Of a DNA stretch of 59,110 nucleotides, positions 7,958-17,507 are shown piece after piece. Under the pieces are notes generated by a model. That model saw only the letters and a program-made list of their open reading frames with translations, was not told the origin of the DNA and did no database searches. How positions within the stretch are numbered: the first letter of the stretch is position 1; the number at the start of each line of letters is the position of its first letter. A program made the position numbers and the translations under genes. The stretch comes from a virus (taxonomy: Duplodnaviria; Caudoviricetes), in the IMG/VR virus record IMGVR_UViG_3300025626_000029, positions 1 to 59,110 of that record. One strand, given 5' to 3'.

Positions 7958-8230
7958 ATGGCAAAAGCAAAGAAAATGATCAAGCGTAAAGACGGTAGCT
8001 ACAGCAAACGTGGTTTGTGGGATAACATCCGTGCTAACAAGGGTTCTGGCAAGAAGCCTACAAAAGAGATGCTAGAGCAAGAGCGTAAGATTAAAAAGAA
8101 AGCTAAGAAAAAGAAATACTACGCTGGAGGTAAAGTGAAATACCTAGAAGGTGGTCAAGTAAAGCTTGATAAGAACGGCAACGGTGCTCTAGATGCTAAC
8201 GACTTTAAAATGTTGCGTGGTGAAAGCTAA
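7958..8230 (+). CDS. Small basic protein with YxxGG repeats and an EF-hand-like loop
   Basis: Lys-rich; YYAGGKVKYLEGGQVK; DKNGNGALDAND. Confidence 0.75.
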   Translation: MAKAKKMIKRKDGSYSKRGLWDNIRANKGSGKKPTKEMLEQERKIKKKAKKKKYYAGGKVKYLEGGQVKLDKNGNGALDANDFKMLRGES

Positions 8231-8384
8231 AAAGAAAACAGAAAAAGTAATGGTTGACGCACCCTCTGGCTATCACTGGATGGACAAAGGAGGGCGCTAC
8301 TACCTTATGGAGCATAAAGGTAAGTTTGTACCACATAAAGGAGCGTCACTAAAGAAGCCTTTTAAAACTATTGCTTCACACTAA
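8220..8384 (+). CDS. Small basic hypothetical protein
   Basis: GTG start at 8220 gives MKAKKKTEKVMVDAPSGYHWM... Confidence 0.6.
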   Translation: MKAKKKTEKVMVDAPSGYHWMDKGGRYYLMEHKGKFVPHKGASLKKPFKTIASH

Positions 8385-8814
8385 TAGGTTCTTCACCAGC
8401 CATCTTGCGGTAGAATTTAGATACAACCAGTCTACCGTTTTGGCTGAGTGCATACCTTACACGGTAATTATATTTATTCTCTTCTCTAAACAAATGATCT
8501 TCTCTAACAGTAGACGGAGTAAGCTTATCAAAATGCTTATAGATATACCCCTTTTTAAGAAGCGGGTATACAAGCCTACGTCCTATGTTTCGTTTCTCAT
8601 ACTTGTACTCTCCGGCAATCCAGTCCATCGTAAAGAATTCCAAGTCGTAGACGAAGAGCATGAACCGCATCTCTTTATCTGATAGATCATATCTAGAAAG
8701 CATGTCGCTCATAACAATGCTCCAGTTTTTTAGGTAGTTGTCTTTCATCCATTTTTCCTTGAGATAGGAGAAATCTCTGAACATCTTTGTCTTTGCTACT
8801 CTTCCCTTTGGCAT
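8368..8814 (-). CDS. Putative winged-helix DNA-binding protein
   Basis: LSDKEMRFMLFVY...LVYPLLKKGYI...YALSQNG pattern resembles MarR-type wHTH; the only counter-oriented gene in the late module. Confidence 0.55.
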   Translation of the reverse strand: MPKGRVAKTKMFRDFSYLKEKWMKDNYLKNWSIVMSDMLSRYDLSDKEMRFMLFVYDLEFFTMDWIAGEYKYEKRNIGRRLVYPLLKKGYIYKHFDKLTPSTVREDHLFREENKYNYRVRYALSQNGRLVVSKFYRKMAGEEPISVKQ

Positions 8815-8865
8815 AAGCCTTTTATTAAATTAGTATATTTGATAAAATTAAACATTGTAAATCAA

Positions 8866-9192
8866 ATGAAAGAAAATGAGAAAGATGCTATTTACGAAAT
8901 CCAAGAGCTTATACTAGCAATAGCTGCTGTTGCGAAAAAGTACGACATCGAGGACTCGTTTATTTCTTGTGTTGCTGTTGGATTTTTAGATATGGACAGT
9001 GCTTATCTTGATGATGAAGGTCAAGAGCGTGCTAATATGAACCTACTATCTTCATTCTCTGTAACAGATGAAGAAGAGCTGGACGACCTTCTTTCTTATT
9101 GTGTTGAAGCATACCGACAAGAAAATGAACCAGATCCAGGTAGTATTGATTACTGGATTGACTTAGCCCGTAGAAACGGAGATATAAATTAA
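8866..9192 (+). CDS. Acidic hypothetical protein
   Basis: ATG at 8866 downstream of TATATTTG (8834-8841). Confidence 0.7.
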   Translation: MKENEKDAIYEIQELILAIAAVAKKYDIEDSFISCVAVGFLDMDSAYLDDEGQERANMNLLSSFSVTDEEELDDLLSYCVEAYRQENEPDPGSIDYWIDLARRNGDIN

Positions 9193-9197
9193 ATAAA

Positions 9198-9431
9198 ATG
9201 ATACGTAAGATTATTATAGGGGAAAACCCCCTAAAAGCTATGGCTTATTATATAGGTCAGCGAGCTGGTGAGTCTATTGTAGACACTATTATACTCGATG
9301 AAAAGTACTTACACAAGTACGGAAAAACACAATACCTTATTTATATCAAACACCCTAAAGATGGTGTGATGCTATGGAAGTCTACAGTGGATATGCCGGT
9401 GCTTCTAGAATACGACTGTGATTTTTCGTAA
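9198..9431 (+). CDS. Hypothetical protein
   Basis: ORF MIRKIIIGENPLKAMAYYIGQ..., in operon context. Confidence 0.75.
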   Translation: MIRKIIIGENPLKAMAYYIGQRAGESIVDTIILDEKYLHKYGKTQYLIYIKHPKDGVMLWKSTVDMPVLLEYDCDFS

Positions 9432-9471
9432 GTTTGTGTTAGATAAATAACACTACTTAAATTTAATTAAC

Positions 9472-10059
9472 ATGAGATCATTGTACGATTTCTTCGTTAG
9501 AATGCCTAAAGCTTTTAACGATGAACTAAAGGTTGGCGATAAGTCAATATACCTAGATCCAAAATGGAATGAGTTTGAAAACAGAAAGATGTCTGCTGAG
9601 GTCTATGCAGTCCCAGAGAAATATGACACTGGAGTCAAACCTGGAGACACACTCTACTTCCACCACCATGTCGTTATATCAAATGAAGGTAAAGGTCAGC
9701 TCTTAGAGGATGATATATACTTCGTCAGATTTGATCCCTATAATAGCGGAAACACCCAGGCTTATGCCTACAAGTGTCAAGATACGGGAGAAATACATCT
9801 GTTGTCTGAATGGATCTTCTTAATACCCGAAGAACAGGAGGATGAAGAAGTTACTGAAAGCGGCATTATTACCGAACTCAAAAAGCCAGAATACAACATG
9901 TTTGGTTATGTTCTTTACGATTCGCCAGCTGTACAAGAGCTCGGACTTAAAAAGGGCGACAAAGTAATGATTATGAAGAACGCTGACTATCGCATGGAGA
10001 TAGATGGTGAAGAGGTCTACCGTACACACATAACACATATTTACGCAACTGGATTCTAA
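9472..10059 (+). CDS. Tandem two-domain GroES-like co-chaperonin
   Basis: C-half EEVTESGII...LKKGDKV...MEIDGEEVY; N-half AEVYAVP...VKPGDTLYF; promoter TAAGTTTG at 9429-9436. Confidence 0.7.
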   Translation: MRSLYDFFVRMPKAFNDELKVGDKSIYLDPKWNEFENRKMSAEVYAVPEKYDTGVKPGDTLYFHHHVVISNEGKGQLLEDDIYFVRFDPYNSGNTQAYAYKCQDTGEIHLLSEWIFLIPEEQEDEEVTESGIITELKKPEYNMFGYVLYDSPAVQELGLKKGDKVMIMKNADYRMEIDGEEVYRTHITHIYATGF

Positions 10060-10355
10060 TGGGACGTAGGAAAAAATTTGACAGTGTATACGCTGGAGAA
10101 GAGCTTCTTCATGCCATGTCTATAGCTATTGAAAACATCACAGAAGAAATAAAAAAGCCTGTAGATAAAGAGTTAAGCGGTAGCCAGCGTAGGTCTGAAC
10201 TGCAAAGTATAAAGCAGTCAGCAATAGATGCAAAGGAGCTAATAACAGAATACCAAAAGCTAGAGCAGATGCTAAAAGAGCTGAAGAAAACAGGTAATAT
10301 AAAAGAAGAGGTAGACTACAGCTCTGGGTTTAGCGAGAAATTTGCAAAGAAATAG
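10059..10355 (+). CDS. Putative terminase small subunit
   Basis: Small helical protein directly upstream of and abutting TerL; positional inference only. Confidence 0.45.
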   Translation: MGRRKKFDSVYAGEELLHAMSIAIENITEEIKKPVDKELSGSQRRSELQSIKQSAIDAKELITEYQKLEQMLKELKKTGNIKEEVDYSSGFSEKFAKK

Positions 10356-12476
10356 ATGGCTGGGTTAGTAAACATAGAAGGTGTTGATGAACCTGTAGTA
10401 AACATATGCCCACAGGGTACTGGTGGTGAGGTGATTAACATATCTGATGTTTACCTGCAACTACCAGCTGTTCCTAAAAAGAAAGACATATTATTTAGCG
10501 ACCTAAAAAAAGAAGAGCAATACTGGCGTAGGATAGACCCCCCGTCAGATTTGATGAAGATTAGGTCCATGGATGATTGGACAGATATGCCTAAGCCTTT
10601 TAAGGAAAGGTATACAGAGTTTATACGTAAGGAATTTGATAGACGTAGAAACGGTGTGTGGTTTATGAATAACGGTGAGCCCACCTATATTACCGGTCAC
10701 CACTACATGTTCCTGCAATGGTCCAAGATTGATATTGGATACCCTAGTTACTTAGAGTTTCAAAATAGACTTTCCCGACATTTCGTTGCTTGCGAACACG
10801 ACCCAAGATCTATGGGGCAGGTCTATGTAAAGTGTAGACGTTCGGGTTATACCCAGATGTGTTCTGGTAACTTGTCTGATGAAGGCACTCAGGTTAAAGA
10901 CAAACTGCTTGGTATCGTGTCTAAGACGGGTAAAGATGCACAAGAGAATGTGTTTATGAAGAAGATAATGCCAATATACCGGAACTATCCATTCTTCTTT
11001 AAACCTATTCAAGACGGTACAACTAACCCTCGTCAAGAGCTTGCATTCCGAGAACCATCAAAACGTATTACTAAAAACAATAAAACAGCAAACAAAGGTG
11101 AGGCTTTAGACACGATAATCAACTGGAAGAACACTACTTCCAATGCTTATGATGGTGAGAAGCTACATTACCTTTTTCTTGATGAGGCTGGTAAAATAGA
11201 AAAGCCAGAAGATATAACTGAGATATGGCGTGTACATAGAACCTGTTTACTTGTAGGTCGTAAGATTATAGGCAAGGCAATGGTAGGTTCTACTGTAAAC
11301 CCTTTGGATAAAGGTGGTAGAAATTTTAAGAAGTTAGTATACAACTCAGACCCTACAGAACGCAATGCCAACGGTAGAACAAAAACAGGTCTGTATAAAA
11401 TATTTATACCATCCTACGAAGCGCTAGAAGGTTTTTTTGACCGTTATGGTAATCCTGTTATAGATGACCCGGAAGAACCTGTTCTTGGCGTAGAGAACGA
11501 GATGATAGAGATAGGCGCTAAAACGTTTTTAAAGAATGAGCGTAAAGCATTATCAAACGACAGTTATGATTTAAACGAGGTTATACGACAGTTTCCATTT
11601 ACCATGGATGAGGCGTTTCGTGACTCTACTAAAGCATCTACTTTTAACATTGCTAAGATATATGAGCAGCTGGAAAACAATATGGAGCTCTATCCTAACC
11701 CCGTTGTTCGTGGTAACTTTGTATGGGACAATGGTGTTCAAGATACAAATGTTGTATTTAGACCAGACCCTAACGGTAGATTTAGAATAGCCTGGATGCC
11801 GCCAGACGAAATACGTAATAAAGTTGTAACAGAAAGAGGTAAAAAAACTCCTGGTAATGCATGGTTAGGTGTAGGAGGTGTGGATAGCTATGACCTTGAT
11901 ACAACTGTAGATGGCAGAGGATCTAAGGGTGCACTGCATCTGTATAACAAAATAAATATGGAGCACCCCTCAAATATGTTTGTATTAGAGTACGCTTCAC
12001 GTCCACCACTGGCTAGAATATTTTACGAGGATGTTCTTATGGCTGCTGTTTTTTATGGGTATATGATACTAATAGAAAATAACAAATACGGTATTGCTAG
12101 GTATTTTGAGAACAGAGGATACGATGGTTACCTCATGGATAGACCGGTACACTTGGGTGGTGGGTCACGTAGTGCTACAAAAACAAAAGGTATACCATCC
12201 AACTCTCAAGATATTATACAAGCTCACGCCCAGTCTATTGAAGCGTATATACATGAGCATGTTGGGTTAAACGAAGAGGGTCATTATGGTAAAATGTTTT
12301 TTGACAACACACTAGAAGACTGGATTAACTTTAAAATAGACGACCGTACCAAGTTTGACCTTAGTATTAGTTCTGGTCTTGCGCTTATGGCTGCTCAAAA
12401 GTCAATTAAAAAACAAGAGAAGAAAGATAACAGCAATAAGAAATTCTTCCGTAAAGTCAAGGTAATTCAGCGTTAA
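10356..12476 (+). CDS. terL: Terminase large subunit
   Basis: KCRRSGYT Walker-A-like motif, YLFLDEAGK Walker B, C-terminal GVDSYD nuclease motif; precedes portal. Confidence 0.9.
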   Translation: MAGLVNIEGVDEPVVNICPQGTGGEVINISDVYLQLPAVPKKKDILFSDLKKEEQYWRRIDPPSDLMKIRSMDDWTDMPKPFKERYTEFIRKEFDRRRNGVWFMNNGEPTYITGHHYMFLQWSKIDIGYPSYLEFQNRLSRHFVACEHDPRSMGQVYVKCRRSGYTQMCSGNLSDEGTQVKDKLLGIVSKTGKDAQENVFMKKIMPIYRNYPFFFKPIQDGTTNPRQELAFREPSKRITKNNKTANKGEALDTIINWKNTTSNAYDGEKLHYLFLDEAGKIEKPEDITEIWRVHRTCLLVGRKIIGKAMVGSTVNPLDKGGRNFKKLVYNSDPTERNANGRTKTGLYKIFIPSYEALEGFFDRYGNPVIDDPEEPVLGVENEMIEIGAKTFLKNERKALSNDSYDLNEVIRQFPFTMDEAFRDSTKASTFNIAKIYEQLENNMELYPNPVVRGNFVWDNGVQDTNVVFRPDPNGRFRIAWMPPDEIRNKVVTERGKKTPGNAWLGVGGVDSYDLDTTVDGRGSKGALHLYNKINMEHPSNMFVLEYASRPPLARIFYEDVLMAAVFYGYMILIENNKYGIARYFENRGYDGYLMDRPVHLGGGSRSATKTKGIPSNSQDIIQAHAQSIEAYIHEHVGLNEEGHYGKMFFDNTLEDWINFKIDDRTKFDLSISSGLALMAAQKSIKKQEKKDNSNKKFFRKVKVIQR

Positions 12477-12485
12477 TAAATTATC

Positions 12486-12493
12486 TATCTTTG
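12486..12493 (+). promoter_or_regulatory. Bacteroidota -7 promoter element
   Basis: TATCTTTG upstream of portal. Confidence 0.65.
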
Positions 12494-12518
12494 TTTCTGA
12501 TTAATATTCAGCGAAAAG

Positions 12519-14945
12519 ATGAATGTAACAAAGAAAGGAAGCTTCCCAAACCCTCTAGCAAAGCACGCTGAAAAAAGCCAGAAAGAATATGGCTTAGAGT
12601 ATGCTAAGGCGATGATGAATCAATGGGGAGGGTTAGACACAGAGGGAAGTTTGTATCAAAAGCGGTACAAAGAGTTTGAGCAGTCACGCATGTACGCTAA
12701 CGGTACACAGGACACTCGTATATATAAACAAATACTTAACAGTTTAGATCCAGGTAATGACGATGGTTCTTTGCTGTCTATTGATTGGACTCCAGTTCCT
12801 ATCGTTCCTAAGTTTGTTAAGATTGTAGCAAACAAAATCATATCATCATATCGTTATCCTCAGATTGAAGCTGTCGATCCACTTTCTCAAAGCGAGAAGG
12901 ATGTAAAGAAAAAAATGATTGCTTTACAGATTGAAAAGAAGGAGATGATTGCGGAAGCTAAAGCTTCTGGTCTGCAAACACAGGTAGATCCAGATGCCCT
13001 TCCAGATACTCCTGAAGAAGCTGAAATATTTTTAGAAACAAATGTAAAAACAGATGCTGAGGTTGCTGGTCAACTTGCAACGCAGCTTACACTACAGTGG
13101 AATGACTTTGACGAGCGCATCTACCGCAGGTGTGTTGAAGATATTATTAGCTGTGGTATGGCTGTTGCTAAACGCAGCAATGACCCTAACTATGGTATTA
13201 CTGAGGAGTATGTAGACCCATCAATGTTTATACATAACTATACTGATGACCCTACGTTTTCTGACTTAGTCTATGCTGGACATATTAAGCGTATGAGTAT
13301 TATGGAGCTCAAGCGTTTAGCCGGTGATCAGTTTACTGAAAAGGAATATACCGAAATGGCTGAGAGTGTAATGAACAAACACTCTAATAGCGCAGAGCGT
13401 TTTACAGAAAAGTATTACGACAAACAGCTTAATAAATACAAGTACGGTTACGATGAGTACACTGTTGAGATATTAGACTTTGAGTTCTTATCTGTAGATT
13501 CTATGATCTACGAAAACAAGATGTCTCGTCATGGAAACATGGGATTCTATTACAAAGGAGAAGAATATGAAGCTCCTAAGAATTCCGTTTACGATCGTGA
13601 GCCAGTGTACATGCAAAACTCTACAGTTTATGGAGGTATGTACATTATTGGCACGGACCATTTATTTAACTACGAGAAGCAACATAATATTCCTAAGAAT
13701 ATCCACGATATTTCTAAGGCTCGTTTATCTTATTCTGTAACTTCTGTAAACATGCGTAACATGATACCTAAATCTTTGGTATCTGGTGTTGTTGGGTTTG
13801 CAGATCAACTACAGTTAACGCACTTGAAACTACAGCAAGCAATTGCGAAGAGTAAGCCAGATGGTATCATGGTTGATATTGAAGGTTTGGAGAATGTTGA
13901 CCTAGGTCGTGGTGGTGATTTACAGCCTTTAGATATTCAAGACATCTACGAACAAACAGGTGTCTTTTACTACCGTAGTAAGAATCCAGAAGGCGGTTTT
14001 CAGAATCCTCCTATTCGTGAGATTGGAAATACAATCCGTAATATCAACGAGCTTATTGCATTATACAATCACTACCTACGTATGATTCGTGATGCTACAG
14101 GTATCAATGAGGTAATGGACGGTACAACTCCAAAAGGAGAAGCGTTAGTAGGTGTAAACCAGATGGCTGTAAATGCCGGTAACAACGCTATCTATGATAT
14201 TACGAATGCTAGTATGATTCTTTATAGAAGAGTCTGTGAAGACATCTTAAAATGCGTTCAGATACTTCCTGTAGAATCAGTTATATTCAAGGTATATGAA
14301 AAAGCTATTGGCAAGACTAATATGTCTGTCTTATCAAGCTTTAGAGATCTTCCAATGTACAACTTTGGTGTCCGGGTTCTCAGTGATCTTAACGATATGG
14401 ACCGTCAGTACCTTGAGCAAAATATACAAATTGCTCTAGCTCAAAAAGAAATAGACCTTGAAGACGCTATTGCTATTCGTCAGTTAAAAGACGTTGACCA
14501 GGCAGAGCGTTTACTCATTATACGTAGAAAGAAACGTATAGCTCAACAACAGGCTATAGCACAACAAAATGTACAGGCGCAATCACAAGCTCAAGCTATG
14601 CAGCAACAATCAGCTGTTGAAGTTGATTTACAGAAGCAGCAAGTTCTTGCACAGTTGGATATGCAGAAAAAACAATTTGAGTATCAGCTAAAAATGCAGT
14701 ACGCTCAAATGGAACACCAAATGAAGATCCAGCTTGAGCAAATGAAAGGTGAGTATGGTCTTGCGGAACAGCAAATTGAAAGTGGAGCTGAAGCTAGAGA
14801 TGAAGCAATGAAAGAAGATCGTAAAGACGAGCGTGTTAAAAAACAAGCTGTAGAGCAATCTAAGTTATTGTCTCAACGTCAGGGTAAACGAGATGAGTTG
14901 CAAGATAGCTCAGACGCTTTAAGTCAACTTCTTGGTAACCAGTAA
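12519..14945 (+). CDS. Portal protein
   Basis: 808 aa after TerL; Gln-rich C-terminal coiled coil typical of podovirus portal barrels. Confidence 0.85.
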   Translation: MNVTKKGSFPNPLAKHAEKSQKEYGLEYAKAMMNQWGGLDTEGSLYQKRYKEFEQSRMYANGTQDTRIYKQILNSLDPGNDDGSLLSIDWTPVPIVPKFVKIVANKIISSYRYPQIEAVDPLSQSEKDVKKKMIALQIEKKEMIAEAKASGLQTQVDPDALPDTPEEAEIFLETNVKTDAEVAGQLATQLTLQWNDFDERIYRRCVEDIISCGMAVAKRSNDPNYGITEEYVDPSMFIHNYTDDPTFSDLVYAGHIKRMSIMELKRLAGDQFTEKEYTEMAESVMNKHSNSAERFTEKYYDKQLNKYKYGYDEYTVEILDFEFLSVDSMIYENKMSRHGNMGFYYKGEEYEAPKNSVYDREPVYMQNSTVYGGMYIIGTDHLFNYEKQHNIPKNIHDISKARLSYSVTSVNMRNMIPKSLVSGVVGFADQLQLTHLKLQQAIAKSKPDGIMVDIEGLENVDLGRGGDLQPLDIQDIYEQTGVFYYRSKNPEGGFQNPPIREIGNTIRNINELIALYNHYLRMIRDATGINEVMDGTTPKGEALVGVNQMAVNAGNNAIYDITNASMILYRRVCEDILKCVQILPVESVIFKVYEKAIGKTNMSVLSSFRDLPMYNFGVRVLSDLNDMDRQYLEQNIQIALAQKEIDLEDAIAIRQLKDVDQAERLLIIRRKKRIAQQQAIAQQNVQAQSQAQAMQQQSAVEVDLQKQQVLAQLDMQKKQFEYQLKMQYAQMEHQMKIQLEQMKGEYGLAEQQIESGAEARDEAMKEDRKDERVKKQAVEQSKLLSQRQGKRDELQDSSDALSQLLGNQ

Positions 14946-14962
14946 ATTAGTACATTTGCAAT

Positions 14963-15322
14963 ATGGCAACACAAATAAATCTAGATACATCAACAAGAGT
15001 AGATATTACCTGTCGCAAGGGTGATACGTTTAAGCTTGAGCTTACGTTTACCGACTCGGATGGTACAGCTATTGATATTTCAGGATATTCTTGGAAGATG
15101 GATGTAAAAGAAACAGATACGTCTTCAGGTGATATTATTGCTGATGATAGCTTTACTTACTCTGGTGCTAGCAATGGAAAACTAACGATTACTTCAGACG
15201 CTCCTACAATGGCTGGAGTATCTGGCGGTTTATATGTTTACGATCTTCAGTCTACCAACTCTGGTGAAGTTAAAACTTGGGTGTACGGAATATTTAAAAT
15301 AAACGAAGACGTAAGTGAGTAA
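14963..15322 (+). CDS. Virion structural protein (beta-rich, BppU-N-like adaptor)
   Basis: ITCRKGDTFKLELTF...YVYDLQ pattern; promoter TACATTTG at 14951-14958. Confidence 0.55.
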   Translation: MATQINLDTSTRVDITCRKGDTFKLELTFTDSDGTAIDISGYSWKMDVKETDTSSGDIIADDSFTYSGASNGKLTITSDAPTMAGVSGGLYVYDLQSTNSGEVKTWVYGIFKINEDVSE

Positions 15323-15635
15323 TATAGAGGTAAAGTCGGGAGACACAATAAACATAAACACTACTACTCAGGTAGCGTCCTCAACTATAAAGGTTGAACA
15401 AGGATTTACTTCGGTATCTATAAAAGGAATACAAGGTGGTGATGCTCACTATACACATACACAATCTACACCTAGTACCGTTTGGAGTGTTCAGCATAAC
15501 CTCGGTAAGAAAGCCTCGGTAACAGTAGTAGACAGCGCAGATAGCGTAGTTTACGGAGATATTGAGTATACAGATTTAAACAACTTAACAATAACCTTTA
15601 ACGGTGCTTTCTCTGGGAAGGCATACTTTAACTAA
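15315..15635 (+). CDS. Virion structural protein (fibre adaptor-like)
   Basis: C-terminal WSVQHNLG...LTITF domain similar to the C-terminus of the next gene. Confidence 0.6.
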   Translation: MSNIEVKSGDTININTTTQVASSTIKVEQGFTSVSIKGIQGGDAHYTHTQSTPSTVWSVQHNLGKKASVTVVDSADSVVYGDIEYTDLNNLTITFNGAFSGKAYFN

Positions 15636-15641
15636 TAAACT

Positions 15642-17420
15642 ATGGCTATTAAGTATCTAAACAGCCTAAACTTAGGCAAAAACGAGTTACAAAACGCTCG
15701 TATTCAAAACTTAGCTACAGCTCCGTCAAGCCCAGTAGAAGGACAAATCTACTACAACACGGGTGATAATGAGATGTACTACTACGATGGAACTGCGTGG
15801 CAGTCTATGGCAGGGGATATTACCTCTGTTACAGCTGGTGCAGGTCTTACAGGTGGTGGAACAGACGGTGCTGTAACTCTATCTATCAGCTCTGGGGCGA
15901 TTACTAATGCAATGCTTGACAACAGTTCTTTAACTGTTACATCAGGTGCCGGTCTCACAGGAGGCGGTTCAATTGCATTGGGAGGCTCTAGAACGCTTAA
16001 TATCGGTGCTGGTACAGGTATTACTGTTAATGCCGATGATGTTGCCTTAGACACCTCTCATAACCGTAACGTAGATCACTCAGCTGTTACACTTACAGCA
16101 GGTGCGGGTTTAACCGGTGGTGGTGACATTACAGCGTCACGCACTTTCACCGTTGGAGCGGGTACTGGTATCGCAGTAAACGCTGATGATGTTGCTCTTA
16201 GCCACTTAGGTCTTGAAGCTTTAGCAGACCCTAACGCTGACCGTATCCTATTTTGGGATGACTCAGCAGGTGCTACAGCTTGGTTAAGCACTTCTTCTGC
16301 TAGTGGTTTATCACTATCTGGAACAACACTTAGCTTATCAGCTATCCCTAACTCAAGCCTTACAAACAGCTCTGTAACTTACACTTCTGGTAATGGTTTG
16401 ACTGGCGGTGGTGAAGTTGCTTTAGGCGGATCCGCTACATTTAACATTGGTGCTGGAACAGGTATTACAGTTAATGCTGATTCTATTGAGCTTTCAGGAG
16501 CTTCAAGTTTAACATCTACGGTATTACCTAAATGGGATTCTGGTGGTGAGTTGGTAGACTCTTTGGTAAGTGACGATGGTAGTACAGTAACTATCTCAGG
16601 TAACTTAACTGTAAGTGGTACAACTACTACGGTCAACACCGAGACTATTAACCTTGCTGATAATATCATCCTCTTAAACTCTAACGAGGCAGGCGCTCCT
16701 ACGCAGAATGCAGGTATTGAGATTGAGCGTGGTACATCTACAAACGTACAGTTTGTTTGGGATGAAACAGGAGACCGCTGGGACTTTGGTGCTACCTACG
16801 ATGTACGTGCAAATGCATTTATTGGTGACTTAGAAGGTAACGCTGATAGCGCTACTGTTTGGGCTAATGCTAGAACAATCACTGTAGATGGCGATGTTTC
16901 TGGTAGTGTTTCAATTGATGGTTCTGCTGATGTTACCCTGAGTGTTACTGTAGATGGTGTTCAAGCCAACTCTGTTGCTTTAGGTACAGATACTACAGGA
17001 AACTATGTTGCTACGGTAACTACTTCAGGAGCGTTAAACGGATCAGCTTCTTCTGAAGGTGCTGCTTTAGCGCTTAGTGTAGATACAGCTACTACAGGTC
17101 AACAAGGTGTTGTTGAGTTAGCTACCAATGCTGAAACTATTACAGGAACAGATACTGGACGTGCAGTTACTCCAGCAGGAGTAGAGGCGCATCACGATTC
17201 TAAGAATCACGCTGAGGATGTAGGTGATGGAAGTGCTACTTCTTACGCTATTACTCACAGCTTAGAGACATTAGATGTAATTGTACAGGTTTACGAAAAG
17301 AGTAGCGGTGCTACAGTCTTTACAGATGTAGAGCGCACTGATACAGATACAGTTACTTTAGTTTTTGCTTCTGCCCCTGCTGCTAATGCGTACAGAGTAT
17401 TGGTAACAAGCGTAGCATAA
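15642..17420 (+). CDS. Tail/head fibre-like structural protein
   Basis: Gly/Thr-rich AGAGLTGGG...GAGTGITVNAD repeats. Confidence 0.75.
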   Translation: MAIKYLNSLNLGKNELQNARIQNLATAPSSPVEGQIYYNTGDNEMYYYDGTAWQSMAGDITSVTAGAGLTGGGTDGAVTLSISSGAITNAMLDNSSLTVTSGAGLTGGGSIALGGSRTLNIGAGTGITVNADDVALDTSHNRNVDHSAVTLTAGAGLTGGGDITASRTFTVGAGTGIAVNADDVALSHLGLEALADPNADRILFWDDSAGATAWLSTSSASGLSLSGTTLSLSAIPNSSLTNSSVTYTSGNGLTGGGEVALGGSATFNIGAGTGITVNADSIELSGASSLTSTVLPKWDSGGELVDSLVSDDGSTVTISGNLTVSGTTTTVNTETINLADNIILLNSNEAGAPTQNAGIEIERGTSTNVQFVWDETGDRWDFGATYDVRANAFIGDLEGNADSATVWANARTITVDGDVSGSVSIDGSADVTLSVTVDGVQANSVALGTDTTGNYVATVTTSGALNGSASSEGAALALSVDTATTGQQGVVELATNAETITGTDTGRAVTPAGVEAHHDSKNHAEDVGDGSATSYAITHSLETLDVIVQVYEKSSGATVFTDVERTDTDTVTLVFASAPAANAYRVLVTSVA

Positions 17421-17444
17421 TTAGAAATAAATGAATATTTAAAG

Positions 17445-17481
17445 AGGGGTAGTGGCGGTAAGTCGCTACCCCTTTATTTTT
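17445..17481 (+). terminator. Rho-independent terminator, followed by -7 element TATCTTTG (17482-17489)
   Basis: aggggtagtggc-ggtaa-gtcgctacccct + T tract. Confidence 0.85.
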
Positions 17482-17507
17482 TATCTTTGTAGACATACAA
17501 TATTACT

